Positions 40,701 through 54,700 of a stretch of 64,000 bases of DNA are shown piece after piece. Within the stretch, counting starts at the first letter, position 1, and every line of letters starts with the position of its first letter. Both the position numbers and the translations under genes were made by a program. This stretch comes from Azolla caroliniana (lineage: Eukaryota; Plantae; Polypodiophyta). Under the pieces are notes generated by a model. The model was not told the origin of the DNA. It saw only the letters and a list, made by a program, of their open reading frames with translations, and did not search any database. Location: contig JBHGNT010000011.1 of NCBI GenBank assembly GCA_043228905.1, positions 22,010,001 to 22,074,000 on the forward strand. The letters run 5' to 3'.

Positions 40701-41662
40701 CTATCAATTACATTACCTTTAACCTTTATTCACTAATTCTAATAAGTCACCACAGTTAATTAGCAATAATACTTATAAACTAATTCGTCAATATAAATGT
40801 TCTTCAATACGCAGTGGTATTTCAATGGGTTTCTCTGCAATAATAATGTAATTCCAGCACTATTGAACAGGAAATGTTTGGTCAAAGTCCGGACAGTTTC
40901 ACATATAATTTGTAAATGAGGCAAATATAAAGAGTTAGCCTGGTTATCAACAATTTGAAAGATTAATCATCATGTATTGTTTAACTTTAGCATAATTATG
41001 ATAAACTATTCTACAGCTTCACCATTGCCTTTCTCAGGCGGATTGGTTTCCCTCTTACGATTAAACTCAATGATAACGATAAAACCCTAGAATTATGAAC
41101 CATTCTGAAGCATCACTCCTGACTAGAAGTTTGATCAGTCTTATTTAGATAGCAAATGAAAGTCTTCTTCAATCAGAGAGAAACGCTTTTCCATGCAGAG
41201 CAAACGCAGTTAGTGCAATTTGCTCATAGTAAGCCATTCTACGGCATTTGTCACAGTTGAACCCTTGACATAAACAGTTGATCACGGTTAAAAGCATTCA
41301 TCGACACTGGAGTTTATGTAGTTGGATACTAAGTAAAGAAAAACCTTTGAAATTCTCAATTCTATTTCTGATTCAGCAAATGATCACAGTATCCGTAATC
41401 CCACTGCAGAAGAAACGGAGACAACGCAGCACAGATTTGAAGCTATATTTAGTAAGAAAAGAATGATTTTAGGAGAGCAAACGTACCTTCCGACTGAGAT
41501 GTGACCACGGAGCCACGCATCGTCTGCAATGCGCTTCACCTCCATCGCCATGGAAGCTGCTTCCTCTTTCTTCTTCTTCTTCTTCTTCGTACTGTCCTCC
41601 TCCTTTTTCATACTTTCTTCGTGCTTTGTAAAAGTGGTGCCTTCGACGTGTCGCTTACTCAT
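37792..41662 (-). CDS. SAWADEE-domain protein without homeodomain, with a long low-complexity C-terminus. Exons 41662-41487, 39945-39708 and 39621-39345, then ~39200-38868, ~38790-38282 and 38189-37792 (middle junctions unresolved).
   Basis: Spliced exons 1-3 give EVKRIADDAW...RIRPCSE..LCFNLQVGD..YDASIQK/INRKRH..SCKCNFDLVW, matching the SAWADEE pattern (DxAW, RxRS, CxxVxxGD, YDA, RxH..CxCxF). Phases fit for introns 1, 2 and the last one. Two internal acceptors could not be placed. Confidence 0.7.
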
Positions 41663-41868
41663 TGGTTGCTCCTTGGTTCAATGCTGCCTAAGCCATTATT
41701 GATAATTAAGTGCCCAGAATACCCTCGACTTTCTCTAAAGGTGAGGGGTATTTTTGGGAGTTTCGAAAATATAAGGTATATTCAGGTCATTTCTCTATCT
41801 ATTCACAATGTGAAAAGGAAGCATTAGTTAAGTTGCATGTAGATTCATGATATCAGCTTGTTCAAGAC

Positions 41869-42348
41869 TAGCAATGAGCACGGTTTCGGCTCGAACCGAA
41901 CCGAACCGTTAAGCTTATTGGTTCCAAAAAACATTAATGGTTTGGATTATCGATAAATGGTTCGGTTCGGTTCTAAAACTCGGGTTTATAGGTTTGGTTT
42001 AAAGGTTTTATAGGTTTTTGGTTAACTTTTTTTTTACCTTAATAGTTTATTGATTTAATGGTTTTTTATTTATTTAATAAATTTAACTTAAATGCTTATT
42101 TAATTAAATGTATTTTTGTTTATTTAGATGTTTAATTAGTTTGACTTAAGTGGTTAGGTTTAAATTTTTTTATTAAATGGTTCGGTTTGGTTTCAACTTT
42201 TCTCTAAACGGTTTGGTTTAGAATGGTTTGGTTTCAACTTTTTCTTAAATGGTTTGGTTTAAATACTGAGAGTTCATAAACGGTTTGGTTTGGTTTGGTT
42301 TTTTAATAAATTGTTCGGTTCGGTTTCTTTGCGTTGTGCCCATCCCTA
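41869..42348. mobile_element. Non-autonomous hAT-family element (MITE), 480 bp
   Basis: Perfect 8-bp TSD TTCAAGAC at 41861-41868 and 42349-42356. TIRs TAGCAATGAGCAC / TAGGGATGGGCAC (Ac-like TAGGGATG), with subterminal AACCG/CGGTT repeats. Confidence 0.9.
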
Positions 42349-43310
42349 TTCAAGACCTTTAAGCCTCGTTACCGAGTTCTCTCATCCAACATTTCATCAT
42401 TCTATTTTTCGTGCTGTTGTGGATCGTGGTATGTTTATATAGGTGGTGTAAATACACATGTTAGAGGATGGATGTAGTCGTCACTTGTTTGGGCATATGC
42501 AAGATGGGTGCTACCAATATCTCGTGGTCTCTTGTCGGATTCTTCTCATTAATGCATGTGACTACAATGTGTTAGAATCAAACTTGCCTATCATTGAGTA
42601 TCTCCTAAATTATACACAAATCGAGGGTTGTTACTACGTTGTCAATCCGCATTACACGTGTTATCCTTATGGCAAATGCTTCATTTCAATGTGATGATCA
42701 AGGTGTTGTGGTGCAATATGAAATAAATTCTTTTTATGACATGCATGCATAATGTTTGTGCTATCTCATTATAGGAAGAAGTGTCACTACATTCTCATGA
42801 TCAAGCATGCATTGCTTGGGAGAAGGGGGGGGGGGGGGGGGGTGGGGGGCTACACACAACAAGAGATGCCTCTCCATATGTTTGAGGTAAGTTTGGTGGA
42901 AACCAATCATGGATAGAATTAACATTAACTCATTTTATTGAGAAGGTTGGGGTGAAATTTGGAAATACAAAGATAATAGTCAAGTGGCGTAATGTATTGA
43001 ATAAGGATCAACGTACGCCATGTTATGGGTTAATGATCGTGAATTGTTTATCATTTTCTTTCCAAACAATGTTGGATTACGTACAATTTCGTTGCAAGTG
43101 AAGATCTTATGGACATCAAGGACAACTTATTAGGACTTGGGAGTGTAATCAGTTGTTCAAAATTCAATTTTATCAAATGGCAATGGATGGGTACATTTTA
43201 GTGCAAGAATGCTGCGGACCTAGTTGAAAAAAGGGCCTTTCATCATTCATGTGACGCAGTCTTTAACACTCCCCGGAGGATGTTTGCCTTATTGTGGTAG
43301 GGTTTTTGCC

Positions 43311-46300
43311 ATGGTTTCTTCTTCACCTTTCTATATAGCTGCTGATCGCACCATTCGATCACGAGGTAAAAGCAATGCCACGATCTCTCTCTCTCTCTCT
43401 CTCTCTCTCGCCGTCATTTCTTCTGTTCATGTTTTATCGTAAAAAAGCCTTGTTCGTACTCCTGTACGAACAATCCCTCAAAGCTAAGATCGTTTCATTT
43501 ATCTCCTTATTTATTTCTTCCGATGGAAATTCTTGCTTTTCCTTCCGTAGTTCTCGAATTGATCCGTTCTCTCTCTTTCTGTCTCTCAGATGTATGCGTT
43601 GTTGGCGTTGCAAGAACGCCAATGGGAAGCTTAAATAATCTGTACCAGCGACAAATCTCGGATCTGCTGCTATACAAGGTGCGTAATTTTCTCGCATAAG
43701 CTAATTGTTCCCTTATGTTGTGAATATACTCTTTAAATGTATATCAAAAAACATGAATAGATTTATATGCAGAAAAAAACAAAAGCTAATTGTTCCCTTA
43801 TGTTGTGAATATAATCTTTAAATGTATATAAAAAACATGAATAGATTTATATGCAGAAAACAAAACAAATGTACCATGGATATATTTATCAGAATATACT
43901 TTGGAGAAGATTGGAATTTTACATATATTGATATAACATTGATAGATGTTTTACTGATGTATGGAGAATGTAGGTGCGGCAAAGCAATTGGAAATATAGG
44001 GTAAACATGTTCAAGAAATTTCCTTTTGAAATCATTCGAGTGGAAATTTTGGACACCTGGACCACAAATCACTTAGATAATTATGTATGCCATTTTCTGT
44101 AATTGTTTCCTTCTAGATGGTAGAGAAGGTCTGAGTATAATGTGGATAGATTATGAGCATGTCAAAATTTTTTCTTGACTGATTATTATGGAGATAAGAT
44201 GGGAATGCTATACAGATAATATAATATAGTTTTTAGTCTGGATCGAGAAGTTTGTCGATGCAGTAAACTTACAGCCTGAACTTGTTGAAGGAATTTTCAA
44301 GTTTGCAATGTGTCGAGTGGAAATATTGGCCAAAATAGGATGCTTTGGGAGATGGAAAACACTCAGGTCTTCCACAATGAAAAGACATGTCATTGTTTTC
44401 TTCCAGATTCTAAAGATGATTGGAATGTAATATAGTACGTCGTCAATCTAATATGTTTTTTCCTGATGGATGAACTTGTCCCAGAAGTTTTCAAGTTCTC
44501 TATTGGACGAGCTCCTGCCAGGCAGGCTGCTTTAGGAGAAGGAATACCAAACAATGAAATCATGCATGCTTTAAGATTTTAATCTTTTTCTTTTGGTTCC
44601 AGGTTACAGAGAAGTTTGATATATGACATTTATAGAAACATTATAGTAACAATGTTTTAATATAGATACTCATAAGGGAACATGCATATAGCTTGAACTT
44701 GTTCAAAATTTGTTAGTATGTAATGTTTTGAATAGAAATTTTTACCTCATGTAATTTTAACTTTGATAGATTATTAGGATGTATGTCATGAAAATCTGAG
44801 TGTGAGACAGGCAACTTAAGAGCTAGAATATGAAACATGGGTTATGCATACTTGCATTATCTCTAATTGTGTTGTTCCAGATTGTAAAGAAGATCGGAAG
44901 TAAAGATGGATAGATTATTAGGATAGTAAGGCTTTTTTCTGATCAATGCTTAATTAATGTAGGTGCACTAAAGCAATCTGGCCTACAGCCTGAACTTGTT
45001 GAAGAAGTTTTCTTTGGAAATCTTGGACAAGCCCATGCGAGACACGCAGCCTCAGAAGCAGGAATACTAAATACTGTTGTCTGCACCACCATCAACAAAG
45101 ATTGTGCATCTGGGATGAAAGGTATGGATTTCTACAAGTTTCTTTCCGTCTTGTTTTTGCCTGTGGAAGGAAAGACATGTATTCTCTATAAGCTTTCTAT
45201 TCATATTATTTGTCCACCTAAGATTAAAGGCATGGGTTTTGACCAGTTTGATTATTTTTTCTAACTAATGATGAATGGCTAATTCTTTTTTTATGTTATT
45301 TTAGCCATCATGCTGGATTCTCAAACAATTCAGCCTGGATGCAATGATGTAGTTGTAGATGTCAACACCATTTTATCTTCCAAAGGCTAGGTAATTCCAT
45401 GTTCCATTAACCACAGATCATCTCAAACTTTTCCATTGGTAAATGCTACCACATTTGTTATTTTTTCCACTTGATATCATAGGCAAGAATATCAGTTGGG
45501 ACATGGGGAAGTTGTCGAGGGCATGTTGAAAAATGGTTTATGGGATGTTTAGAATGATTGTGGAATGGGTGTTTGTGCTGAACAACATGGTATCAGCAGG
45601 GAGGAACAAGTTAAGTTCCGTCTAGAAGCAATTGAGTGGTTTTTGAAAGCTTGCAACTATTCTTTTTGTTACTTCTGGTACAGCACTTGTTATTTCGAGT
45701 GTAATGGTGAATAAATATTAATTACACAAGATAACATGCTATTGTTAACGTATTCAAACTTCTCATGGAGTATGTGTAAGGATTTACCTGACTAAATCAG
45801 AGGTTAGCAGAACTTAAAACAAATAAAACTATCTTGTTTGGTTTCAGGGAAACTTTTCTATTCAAAGTTATGAGCGGGCAGTTAATGCTCAGAATAGTGG
45901 TGCATTCACATGTGAAATCGTGCCTGTATAAACAATATCTAACATGGTTTTGTCAATTTGTTTGTTTCATAAAAACTACATGTATATCACTTTGCTGAGT
46001 CAGGTAGAATTTCCTGGAGCAAAGGGGCAAGCCTCCTGTATTGATTGTCAAAGATGAGAGAATCAACAAGATAGTATTTTGAGTGTAAATTACTAATGTC
46101 GGATCTGGTTTTGTCAGCAGTTTTAATTAAGTATTGTCTGCATAGGGATAGCGTCAGTTGTGAATGGAAAGGGAATAAAAGATAATTATATGAACATCCA
46201 GAAGATAACTTTGTGATGAACCCAATGTGTCCAAAGTTTAAATTCTACTTTGGGGGTGTGCGCAATGGCAGAACATAAAAACAATTGCGAAATAGAAAAA

Positions 46301-48577
46301 TACCAATATACACGACCACACATTCCAAGAGATAGAAGCATAAATTCAGTTTTCTTTATCATAGATGTCCTGATTGATCTTACACTTAGACAAAGTACAA
46401 CAGAAGTGTTTGACATGGCCAAAGATCCATAGCATTATAAATGAAGAGCTGAAATTTGATCTCAAATTAATAGCACATAGGTAGTAATCCCTCCATCCAA
46501 TCAACCCCTTCTGCATGCAAGGATTCTACTGTCCATGTTTCTGTGTTGATTTTCACTCCCATCATTCTATTCTCCTTTATATTAAGTATGTTTTAAGTCT
46601 TGGGACTCTCCACTATATCTTGGCATTGATATCTTTCACATAATAAATTATCTGTAGAATAATGTACAATCTCATTAGACACATTACTCTAATGTGCTAA
46701 AAGATAACTCTTATCTTCCTGTCTTCCTCTCTCCTGATTCTCATTTTGGAGCTTCTAATATGCATATCTTAATGCTTCTGTTGGACACTCCTGGATCAAA
46801 GAAAGGGCCTCCCTGCTCAAGGTGTATCCCGATATACATATCTCATCTGGTGACAATTATGTGACATTGTGATCCTTTGGATGTCTGTGTAAACTCATCT
46901 ATCCTTTGTGGTCTTACCACTTCGCCATTGTAATTTCTATCCATGTTTCATATGGTACGTCTTCCTATCTGATCATCCTTGACAACGAAGTGCTCATTTC
47001 TCTTGGATGCTCTCTGTTTCTGCTGGTGCATTTCTGCATGTCTCACTTTTGGATTGTTAATAAGCATATAAATTATATACCAAAGTATATGACTTTTCCT
47101 TATGTATTGAAAACTTTATCCACCTCTAATAGACTAGTCTGAATTCTGAGCTCACAATTTTTTAGTCGTAAAAAATGATTAGATGCATGCATTTGTGATA
47201 ATTTTTGAGAACAATGTTCTGTCTTTCATTCTATATTTAACGTTCAGATGTTTTGTTCTCAAGGTGGGCATATGCAATAACTAACTTATAAAATTTGTAG
47301 CTGGATGCAGTAAAATTGAGGAAGCTGCAGCCAGCCTTTAAGGGAGGAGGTTCTGTAACTGCTGGCAATGCTTCAAGCATAAGGTATATGGTCGTCATTT
47401 CTGGGTGTGTTGCATGCTTTAATCAACTTTTGTACCAAAATTGCTGTTTATTGTTATTGAAAGCTATATTTATGAGTTAATAAATGATTTTAGTTCTCTT
47501 GGCACAATTTCATAAAACAGAACTTGACATTGATTGGAAATCTATAAAATACTCGATTCCCATGGGTTGAATTGTAACTATAGATTACAGCATTTTGTTA
47601 TTATATCCTGAAAACACCAATATAAGGATAAATCCCTCTTCAAGGTATTCAATATGGGTCTCGAAGAATACCCACTTGTTTTTGTACATCTGTAATAGAT
47701 TCACCCTCAGTATCTCTATGGATGGACCCTTAGAGCATATTGATACGTGTTGTTTTACAGTTATGGAGCAGCTGCACTTGTCTTGGTGAGTAGAGAGAAG
47801 TCTTTAGAATTGTAACTTTGTGTTTTTGCATGGTTGATTGGGTCTGCTGATGCTGCACAGGTGAAGATGTACGTTTTTTCCTCTGGATGTTTTACTGTTT
47901 CATTTAGTTTATGCTTTGTAACATCTGTAATTAATTGTTAGGCTCCCGAGAATTTTACAACAACACTTGCTTTAGCTATCCCGAAAGCAATATTCAGAGC
48001 AGGGATCAATTCAACGCATGTGGACTGCTATGAATCAATGAAGCTTTTTGTGTAAGCTCTATGTTTATGTTCTCTTGCGTTCTCCATTTTTTGTGAATTT
48101 TGAGTGCAGACTAAATACTAATGAAATCCTCTTTACCAGGGTGTAACACTAGCTAACCAGAAGAATCTTGGATTTGAAAACAGTAAGGCCTCCCATTCCC
48201 CTCAAAGAACAAATAAATGATTTGAGCTAACTTCTTTTGTTTCACAAAACGATTTTGATTGTGTAATTCCAATAGAAATTATGCTAGCAAATGACACAAT
48301 TTCATGTAATTTGCACGATATTGTGAATGTGCATGGAGGAACTGTAGCATTAGGCTATCGTCTAGGTTGCATTGGAGCTTGAATTGTCATCACCCTATTG
48401 GGGTAAGTTTTTACCAAGCGTTAAAATACTTTGTCGATAAATATAAATAGTTGTGACTTTTTTGAAGAACCACACTTCTTTTTCTAGGCATTAAGACAGC
48501 GGAAAGGAAGATATGGAGTTGCTGGAATTTGCAATGGTGGTGTATCAGCTGTTGTAATTGAGCAAATTTATTGGTAA
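43311..48577 (+). pseudogene. Acetyl-CoA acetyltransferase (thiolase II, AACT) non-processed pseudogene, ~13 exons
   Basis: Exons encode DVCVVGVARTPMG, CTTINKDCASGMK, GLWDV*NDCGMGVCAE, GGSVTAGNASSI, VNVHGGTVALGYRLG and GVAGICNGG. Lesions include an exon-2 frameshift, several stops, deletions, a lost donor at ~46071 and catalytic GHP changed to GYR. Confidence 0.92.
43699..43866. repeat. 85-bp tandem duplication in AACT intron 2
   Basis: agctaattgttcccttatgttgtgaatata...atagatttatatgcagaaaa occurs twice, nearly identical. Confidence 0.85.
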
Positions 48578-50280
48578 TCATGTTCATTTTTGAAGGTTTG
48601 CACATGTGCATGTCACTTTGGTTTCACATTTGATTAAAAGGGATGCCATTAATGTTATATCCCTGTATCATAAAAAAATCCATAAAAAATTGGCCATGAG
48701 ATCATGACAGGATGCAGAAACACCAAGGGGCTGAATGTCTGCCATCCTTATGAATGGAAGAGCGAGTTGGGATGCCAATTAAATGGATTTAGCTTATTTA
48801 ATTTTTCTGATGATTCCGCTTTATCCATCCTTGCATTTGGCGCATATTCATGATTGTAGTGTGGAAATGCTAAATTTGAAATATATTTCTTGAGCTATCC
48901 TTGAGTTTGGGGTTTAATTTCTATTTTAACTGATGAACTATTATCTTTTGCAACAGGTTTATCCTTCTGCTGTAACTTATTGTCATGACATTCTATTGAT
49001 ATTATTTGAAATGGGATAAAAGTTTAAAAGTGATGAAAAGTATGAAGAGATCTGTATATATTTATCAGCCAGCACTAGTTATATTTGGTCAGTCTATGAA
49101 ACCATTGTACATGTCAAAATAAGTTGAATTTGCAATTGTAATGATTATGTTAGTTATTTGCTCTTATTTTTTTCCATGTCTAGAAGAAAAATATAAATAT
49201 ATTAGCAACTATTCAATTTAATTTTGTTTACAGGGCAGTAGTTGGTGGGTCTCTAAATGGTCATGAGATTCTTGAGCGTTGCTTTTCTCTGTAGTTTGTA
49301 AAGAGGGCCGTAAAATATGAACAAAAAGATGCATAGGTATCTAATATTGAGATAGGATAGGTGGTCAACATTTTGATGTAGCTTGACCCTTTCCAACATA
49401 ACTAGGTGGTGGCTTCATATGATGTACAGGTCTTCTGAGGTTCATTTAAACAATATTAAGAAGTAAACTGTCTTCCAAGTACATGAAGAGGAATCTTCAA
49501 TTCATGAAGAATTTTTGTAAGATCATTAGAGTATTAAAAATGTCATAAATGGTCTTTGGTGGAGTACTGGTTTAGATAATATGCATGAAAAGGAACCTTC
49601 AATCAATGATGTTTGGGAAGATCATTAGAGGAACAATTTCTTTCAATCATTGCATTGGCCACTAAATGATGTGATCCAACTAATGCCAACTTTTTGAGAG
49701 AAGCCTTAAAAGAGTTAAGTGTTAGCTCACAATTTCTTTTTGGTTTCTTGGGCATTTCTTTGAACCACAATTAGGAAATTATACTAAAGCAATATTCGAA
49801 AGTATGTAAGACCTTCCCAGGATGGAAGGTGATGTTTGTTATAGAAAATTGAGAAATTGGTGAATTAATGTTGGGAAGATGAAACACAAAAACGACAAAG
49901 ATAGTGAAATGATTTGCAAGAGTACATGACATATAGCACATCTAGGATTTAGTTATATAATATATATATACACATAGGCACTTGTATATAAGATTGTTAA
50001 TCATATGTGTTTTGCATTGTTGTGGTGCTAAGCTTGTAGGATGCTATTGAAAGTCATTCTTGAAACTTATTTACCATATTTGTTGGACAAAATGTTTGTT
50101 GTGCATGGGTATTAAGAAATATTTAGTGATAGGTCAATGGTAAATGAATTGCTTGAACAACTGTAATTTACATGTAATATTAATGTAGTAGATAATGCTT
50201 TTGTTGACTTGTGGAACAACAAAAGCTTTGATATGTGTGGCATGTTATGTTGATGTAATTGAATATGCTTCATAGATATG

Positions 50281-50568
50281 CTCTATCAAATTATAGACAA
50301 TATAGAAAACAAATAGAAAAAAGATTGTTACCTTCATGTCTAAAAGATTCCATTTACATGTGTCTCTAAGCATAAATCTTGTTTTAAAGATATGCATCAT
50401 GAGAGTAATATTTATGTAATAGAATATACTTCTTAGCTATTGTCTATCAAATTGTAGAAAATATAGAAAACAAATAGAAATGAATCCTTGCATTCACTAT
50501 GCTTAAAGGGTTCTATTCACACATGCCTATGAAGCACACATTGTTTTAAAGATGCACAATATGAGAGT
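50281..50568. repeat. Degenerate tandem duplication, ~161-bp period
   Basis: tctatcaaatt.taga.aatatagaaaacaaatagaaa...ttgttttaaagat..atgagagt occurs twice. Confidence 0.65.
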
Positions 50569-51500
50569 TTAGAATCAAATCACATACATGTTTGTGAAGC
50601 CAATTTCTCAAAGAATGAGAACACCTTTTAGTTTAATAAAAATGTTTCTGTATGAATAGGTTATTATGTGTTCATATTTCCCCAAAATCTAAAATGATGT
50701 AGAGAGAGTTTTACTGAGTTGAATAAGGGTTGACATTTTGACTCATTGGTTACCTAGACGTGTTCACAAACATGTAGAGGCAATTGTTATCTTATGCACA
50801 ATATTTTAGCCCATGTTTTGATCTTCTAGTACAAACTTTGTAGTATGTTGCAGGTGCATCCTCAAGGCATGTGTGTTCTACTCCCATGCGCATGTCAAAT
50901 GTGTCTCAAAAAAACCATGGTTTTATGAATATTTTGTACAATGGCTTTTCCAGTGTTTATGAAATGCATAGTTGAAGTTGGTTTTTGTGTTAGGTGTATG
51001 GCATTGATTATACATGATCTTTAGGTAACCAATACTTACTTTTCCATCGAGATGCCATCTTGATGAATGGAAATGAGATGTTATTGTTGGATATGTTGTT
51101 TAAAGAAACAATGTAAGCAGTAGATAAAATATATACACAAGGCAAATAACAATAAATATGTATGTGTTTCGTATGGTAAGGAATTTAAGGTGGATTGATG
51201 TTAACTCCTAGGCACCTCTTTTTGGGAAGGAATTTCCCTATTGGATTGTACCGTTTTTTTGGCAAAGTGTCTATTATTATCTATATTTAAATGTATATGC
51301 AAGCGCAATCTACACATGTAGGGACACGTGGATAATAAGATTGAGTTCAAAAACACTTGGAGGAAAATATATCAAAATACTAGGCAACATAAAGAATGTG
51401 TTCTTTTAGGTGCAACCAATTGGTAGTTTAAGTGACCCTAAAGAACCATCTCATTAGTATAAACTTTGGTTGCGTTTGATCGTAATGAGTGTGAAAGTTC

Positions 51501-51776
51501 CATAGTATGAACCATACGTAGGATACGTGCATTCGCATTCGCGAAAGAAAAACACCCTCAAAGAATGATAAATACCATACTTTTGGATTAACTATTTATC
51601 ATGAGGTAAATAAGCCTAAAAAATAGAAAAAAACAATAAAAACATTAAAAAAATGGGAGAAAAACAAAAAACAACACAAGAATGTTTGAATAACATTCGC
51701 ATTCGTTTTCCAACGTAGGAAAACGAATGAGAAAAATGAATGCTATACTATACGAACATGAATTTTACGTACTATG
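51501..51776. mobile_element. Possible small hAT-like MITE
   Basis: The termini CATAGTATG and CGTACTATG form a TIR, with internal cattcgcattcg repeats. The flanks tgtgaaa[gtt]c and tgtgaaac resemble an 8-bp TSD with a 3-nt insertion. Confidence 0.45.
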
Positions 51777-54700
51777 TGTGAAACAATCACCTAGGAAGCA
51801 AATTTTCTTCATGTTCATCTAAGTCCCTCACAATATTCATTGCACACCATTGTTGTCACTTAGGCAAACATGGTATCCCTAATATAACAAGCGTAAGCAA
51901 ACATGGATCACCATTGGTTATGTATTATTGTATTTAGGATCAATTAGAAGACATGCAGTAAGCAAAAAAAGAGTTTGTGTTAAATTTGTTGGTGTGGGCT
52001 TGGTTCATACTTACCTATTGATTAGGGTTTATTTCATATAACTTTTTCTACACATCTACTCATCAACTTCATGTGTTCTTGCATGTCAATACAATCACTC
52101 GAGCTTGTTTGGATTTTCCCTTCACAACTTGTGTGGGTATAGTTCTTATGCGGCAATTGGTAATGGCACAGACGTTTGGTGTTTGCAACATATAATCTTC
52201 TTTCCTTGCTTACTTGAAACCAACCTAAGATAGCATTTTTGTTGTTGCCTTTGTACATGCCCACGTCATTCCATGGTACCCTTCTTGCATCGTGTGGCAA
52301 GTATGCTAGTTGTGTCAAAAGGATGAGTATAAAATGGATACCTTGTAATAACCCTAAAAGCAAGTGTTGAGAGACCAATAGGTTACAAGTTGAAATAATA
52401 ATAACAATATGCTTTCTTTGTTGGCATTTCTCCACCTATACCACATAAAAGTTGCTACGTTTTTGGAAAATAAAGTTGATACAAATAATCTTTCATGATG
52501 TGATATTTCCATGATATAAACTCAATATAAGGTACATAATAACAATCATTGTTGAGGTTTGCCTACACATAACATCCCATACAACTTGAAGGTTGCGATA
52601 AATGGGTTTGCATAACTTGTGGTATTTTGGCTCATAGAACAACTAGCAAGTGTCGTCTCATGACATAAATTTGAGACCTTACAAAATTCATCTCCAGTTT
52701 TTAAAAGCACATTCTCATATATTATCAAAGAAGAGAATTTTCAATTTTTAGCCCTGCGTGTCGAGGTGATACCCTTGGTAGAAAAACCTTCTGGGTAGAA
52801 AAGACATATTTTCGTTCTAATTGGGTTGTTTATGAAGAAAGATAATACATGTAATAAAAACGGGTGGTGGTAAGGGATGTGTGACAATACATCAAACTTT
52901 GTTATTGATGTTTGTGAAATGACATGGTGGAAAGTGATGTGACAATCTTGCACCTAGAAATGGCTAAATAGCCTAAAGTAGTTTGATTTTCCTCATGTGC
53001 ATGATTATAATAACAAGAATAATAAACAAGATCCAAAGTTGAAAAGATATAATAAACCTTTTATTCAGGTATATATATTTAGAACCTTATCAAGAAGCAT
53101 TAAAGCTATATATTTTAAAATCCTCCACATGTATTACTGATCCACATTGGTGGTTTTCTCCAAATTGAAATTGCTTCGGTTCAAATATGTCAAATATTGA
53201 GGAAACATTGTGTTGTGAAAATCCTCTTTAAATAGCAATTGGAAACAATGTGATGATGCTTCTAGCATATGATGTGCATTGTCAAATGTGTGGTGTGAAG
53301 GAATGTGTGCTAAAGGGCAAGGGTAATTTTGTATAAGGGTTCTGCTAAGGGTGATAGGAAACAAGCATGGGCATACTATAGCATTGGTATGCACTAGAAA
53401 CATCACATGTAAAAGAGTGGGAAATATTGTTTTAGAGTTTTGTTTCTAGGGCTCAAGGGCAATCAACTAATGACACTCTAATGGAGAACAATTGTTCCTC
53501 AATTAATGGAAGCCCATATTATTGTAATCAGGCTATCGACACTATAGTCAAGACCTCTCATTTATTTTTGCTTTAAATAATTTTTAATATCTATCTAATT
53601 AAAAGTTTAGTTTTTGCAATCCTTTGTTCCTCTATTAAGGTTGAAAATCTTAATGATTCCACCTTGCCACACATATTTACACATTTATACGACATAGTTG
53701 ACTAGTTACAAATTTTAAAAAATACACACGTAGCTCGTGGGTCCCAAGATTGGAACCCCTCCACCCCAAGAGCATTTCTTTACATTATCTAAAAGAAATG
53801 AAAAAAAGGGGTGTTGCTTTGCCCAAGGTAGAGCATATCAAGAAAAAGGGGTTGATTGGGTCCTATAGTTTCTCAATGAACTCTAACACATAAATTTAAA
53901 TTTAGTCTATGGAGGGTAGACAAAGAGCATTTTAGGAAATAAACAAGTTTGGGAAAATGAGGAAAGTTTTGCCCTTCATTAACCTAGGTGAATTAGATTT
54001 TATTTTATTTGTAAAAGATACGCCTTGGTATTATAAAATCACAAGAAAGAGGTACAGAATTGTGTTGGAGAAATGGAGATAACATCCAATTCCCTTAGAC
54101 CCACATCATGGCTGATTTGATGTGTATATACAATAGCCAAACTGATTTGTATACCATATCTCCAAGATTCCTATGCTCTACTCCTCCCAAACTGCAAATG
54201 ATCATGGAATGTAACCTATACCACCAACAATTGTAGCAATAAAAGCCAAAAACAAAGTTAGCACACATCGTTTCCCAAAATGATGGGAACAATATACATC
54301 CATCTTCCCTAAAAATGAACATCGAATTCCATAACCTGTTAAGTGAATTATATTTTTTAAAAACAAAATTTAAAGTGAAAGGGTGGAATATGACACCATA
54401 ACCTAGACCATTGCATAAGAATGCACACCACTCCCTTATTCACGGATATTGACATCTAGTTACTATGCTAGATATTTGGTGACTAGCCTCTCCCCGCTAA
54501 CAACCCATTAAAACTCTACTCTTTGTCACAATCTTGAAATCTGAAAAGGGCATGCATCATACATAGTCTTGGCCCTCTAATGAGATAATCAAACACCATG
54601 ATATCCAATATACACAATTCAATTAACATCAATTGAATGAACTTCTAGCCGTTATGTGGAAATAGTAAGCTAGCCCTCTTAACAATATGCATACCCTACA

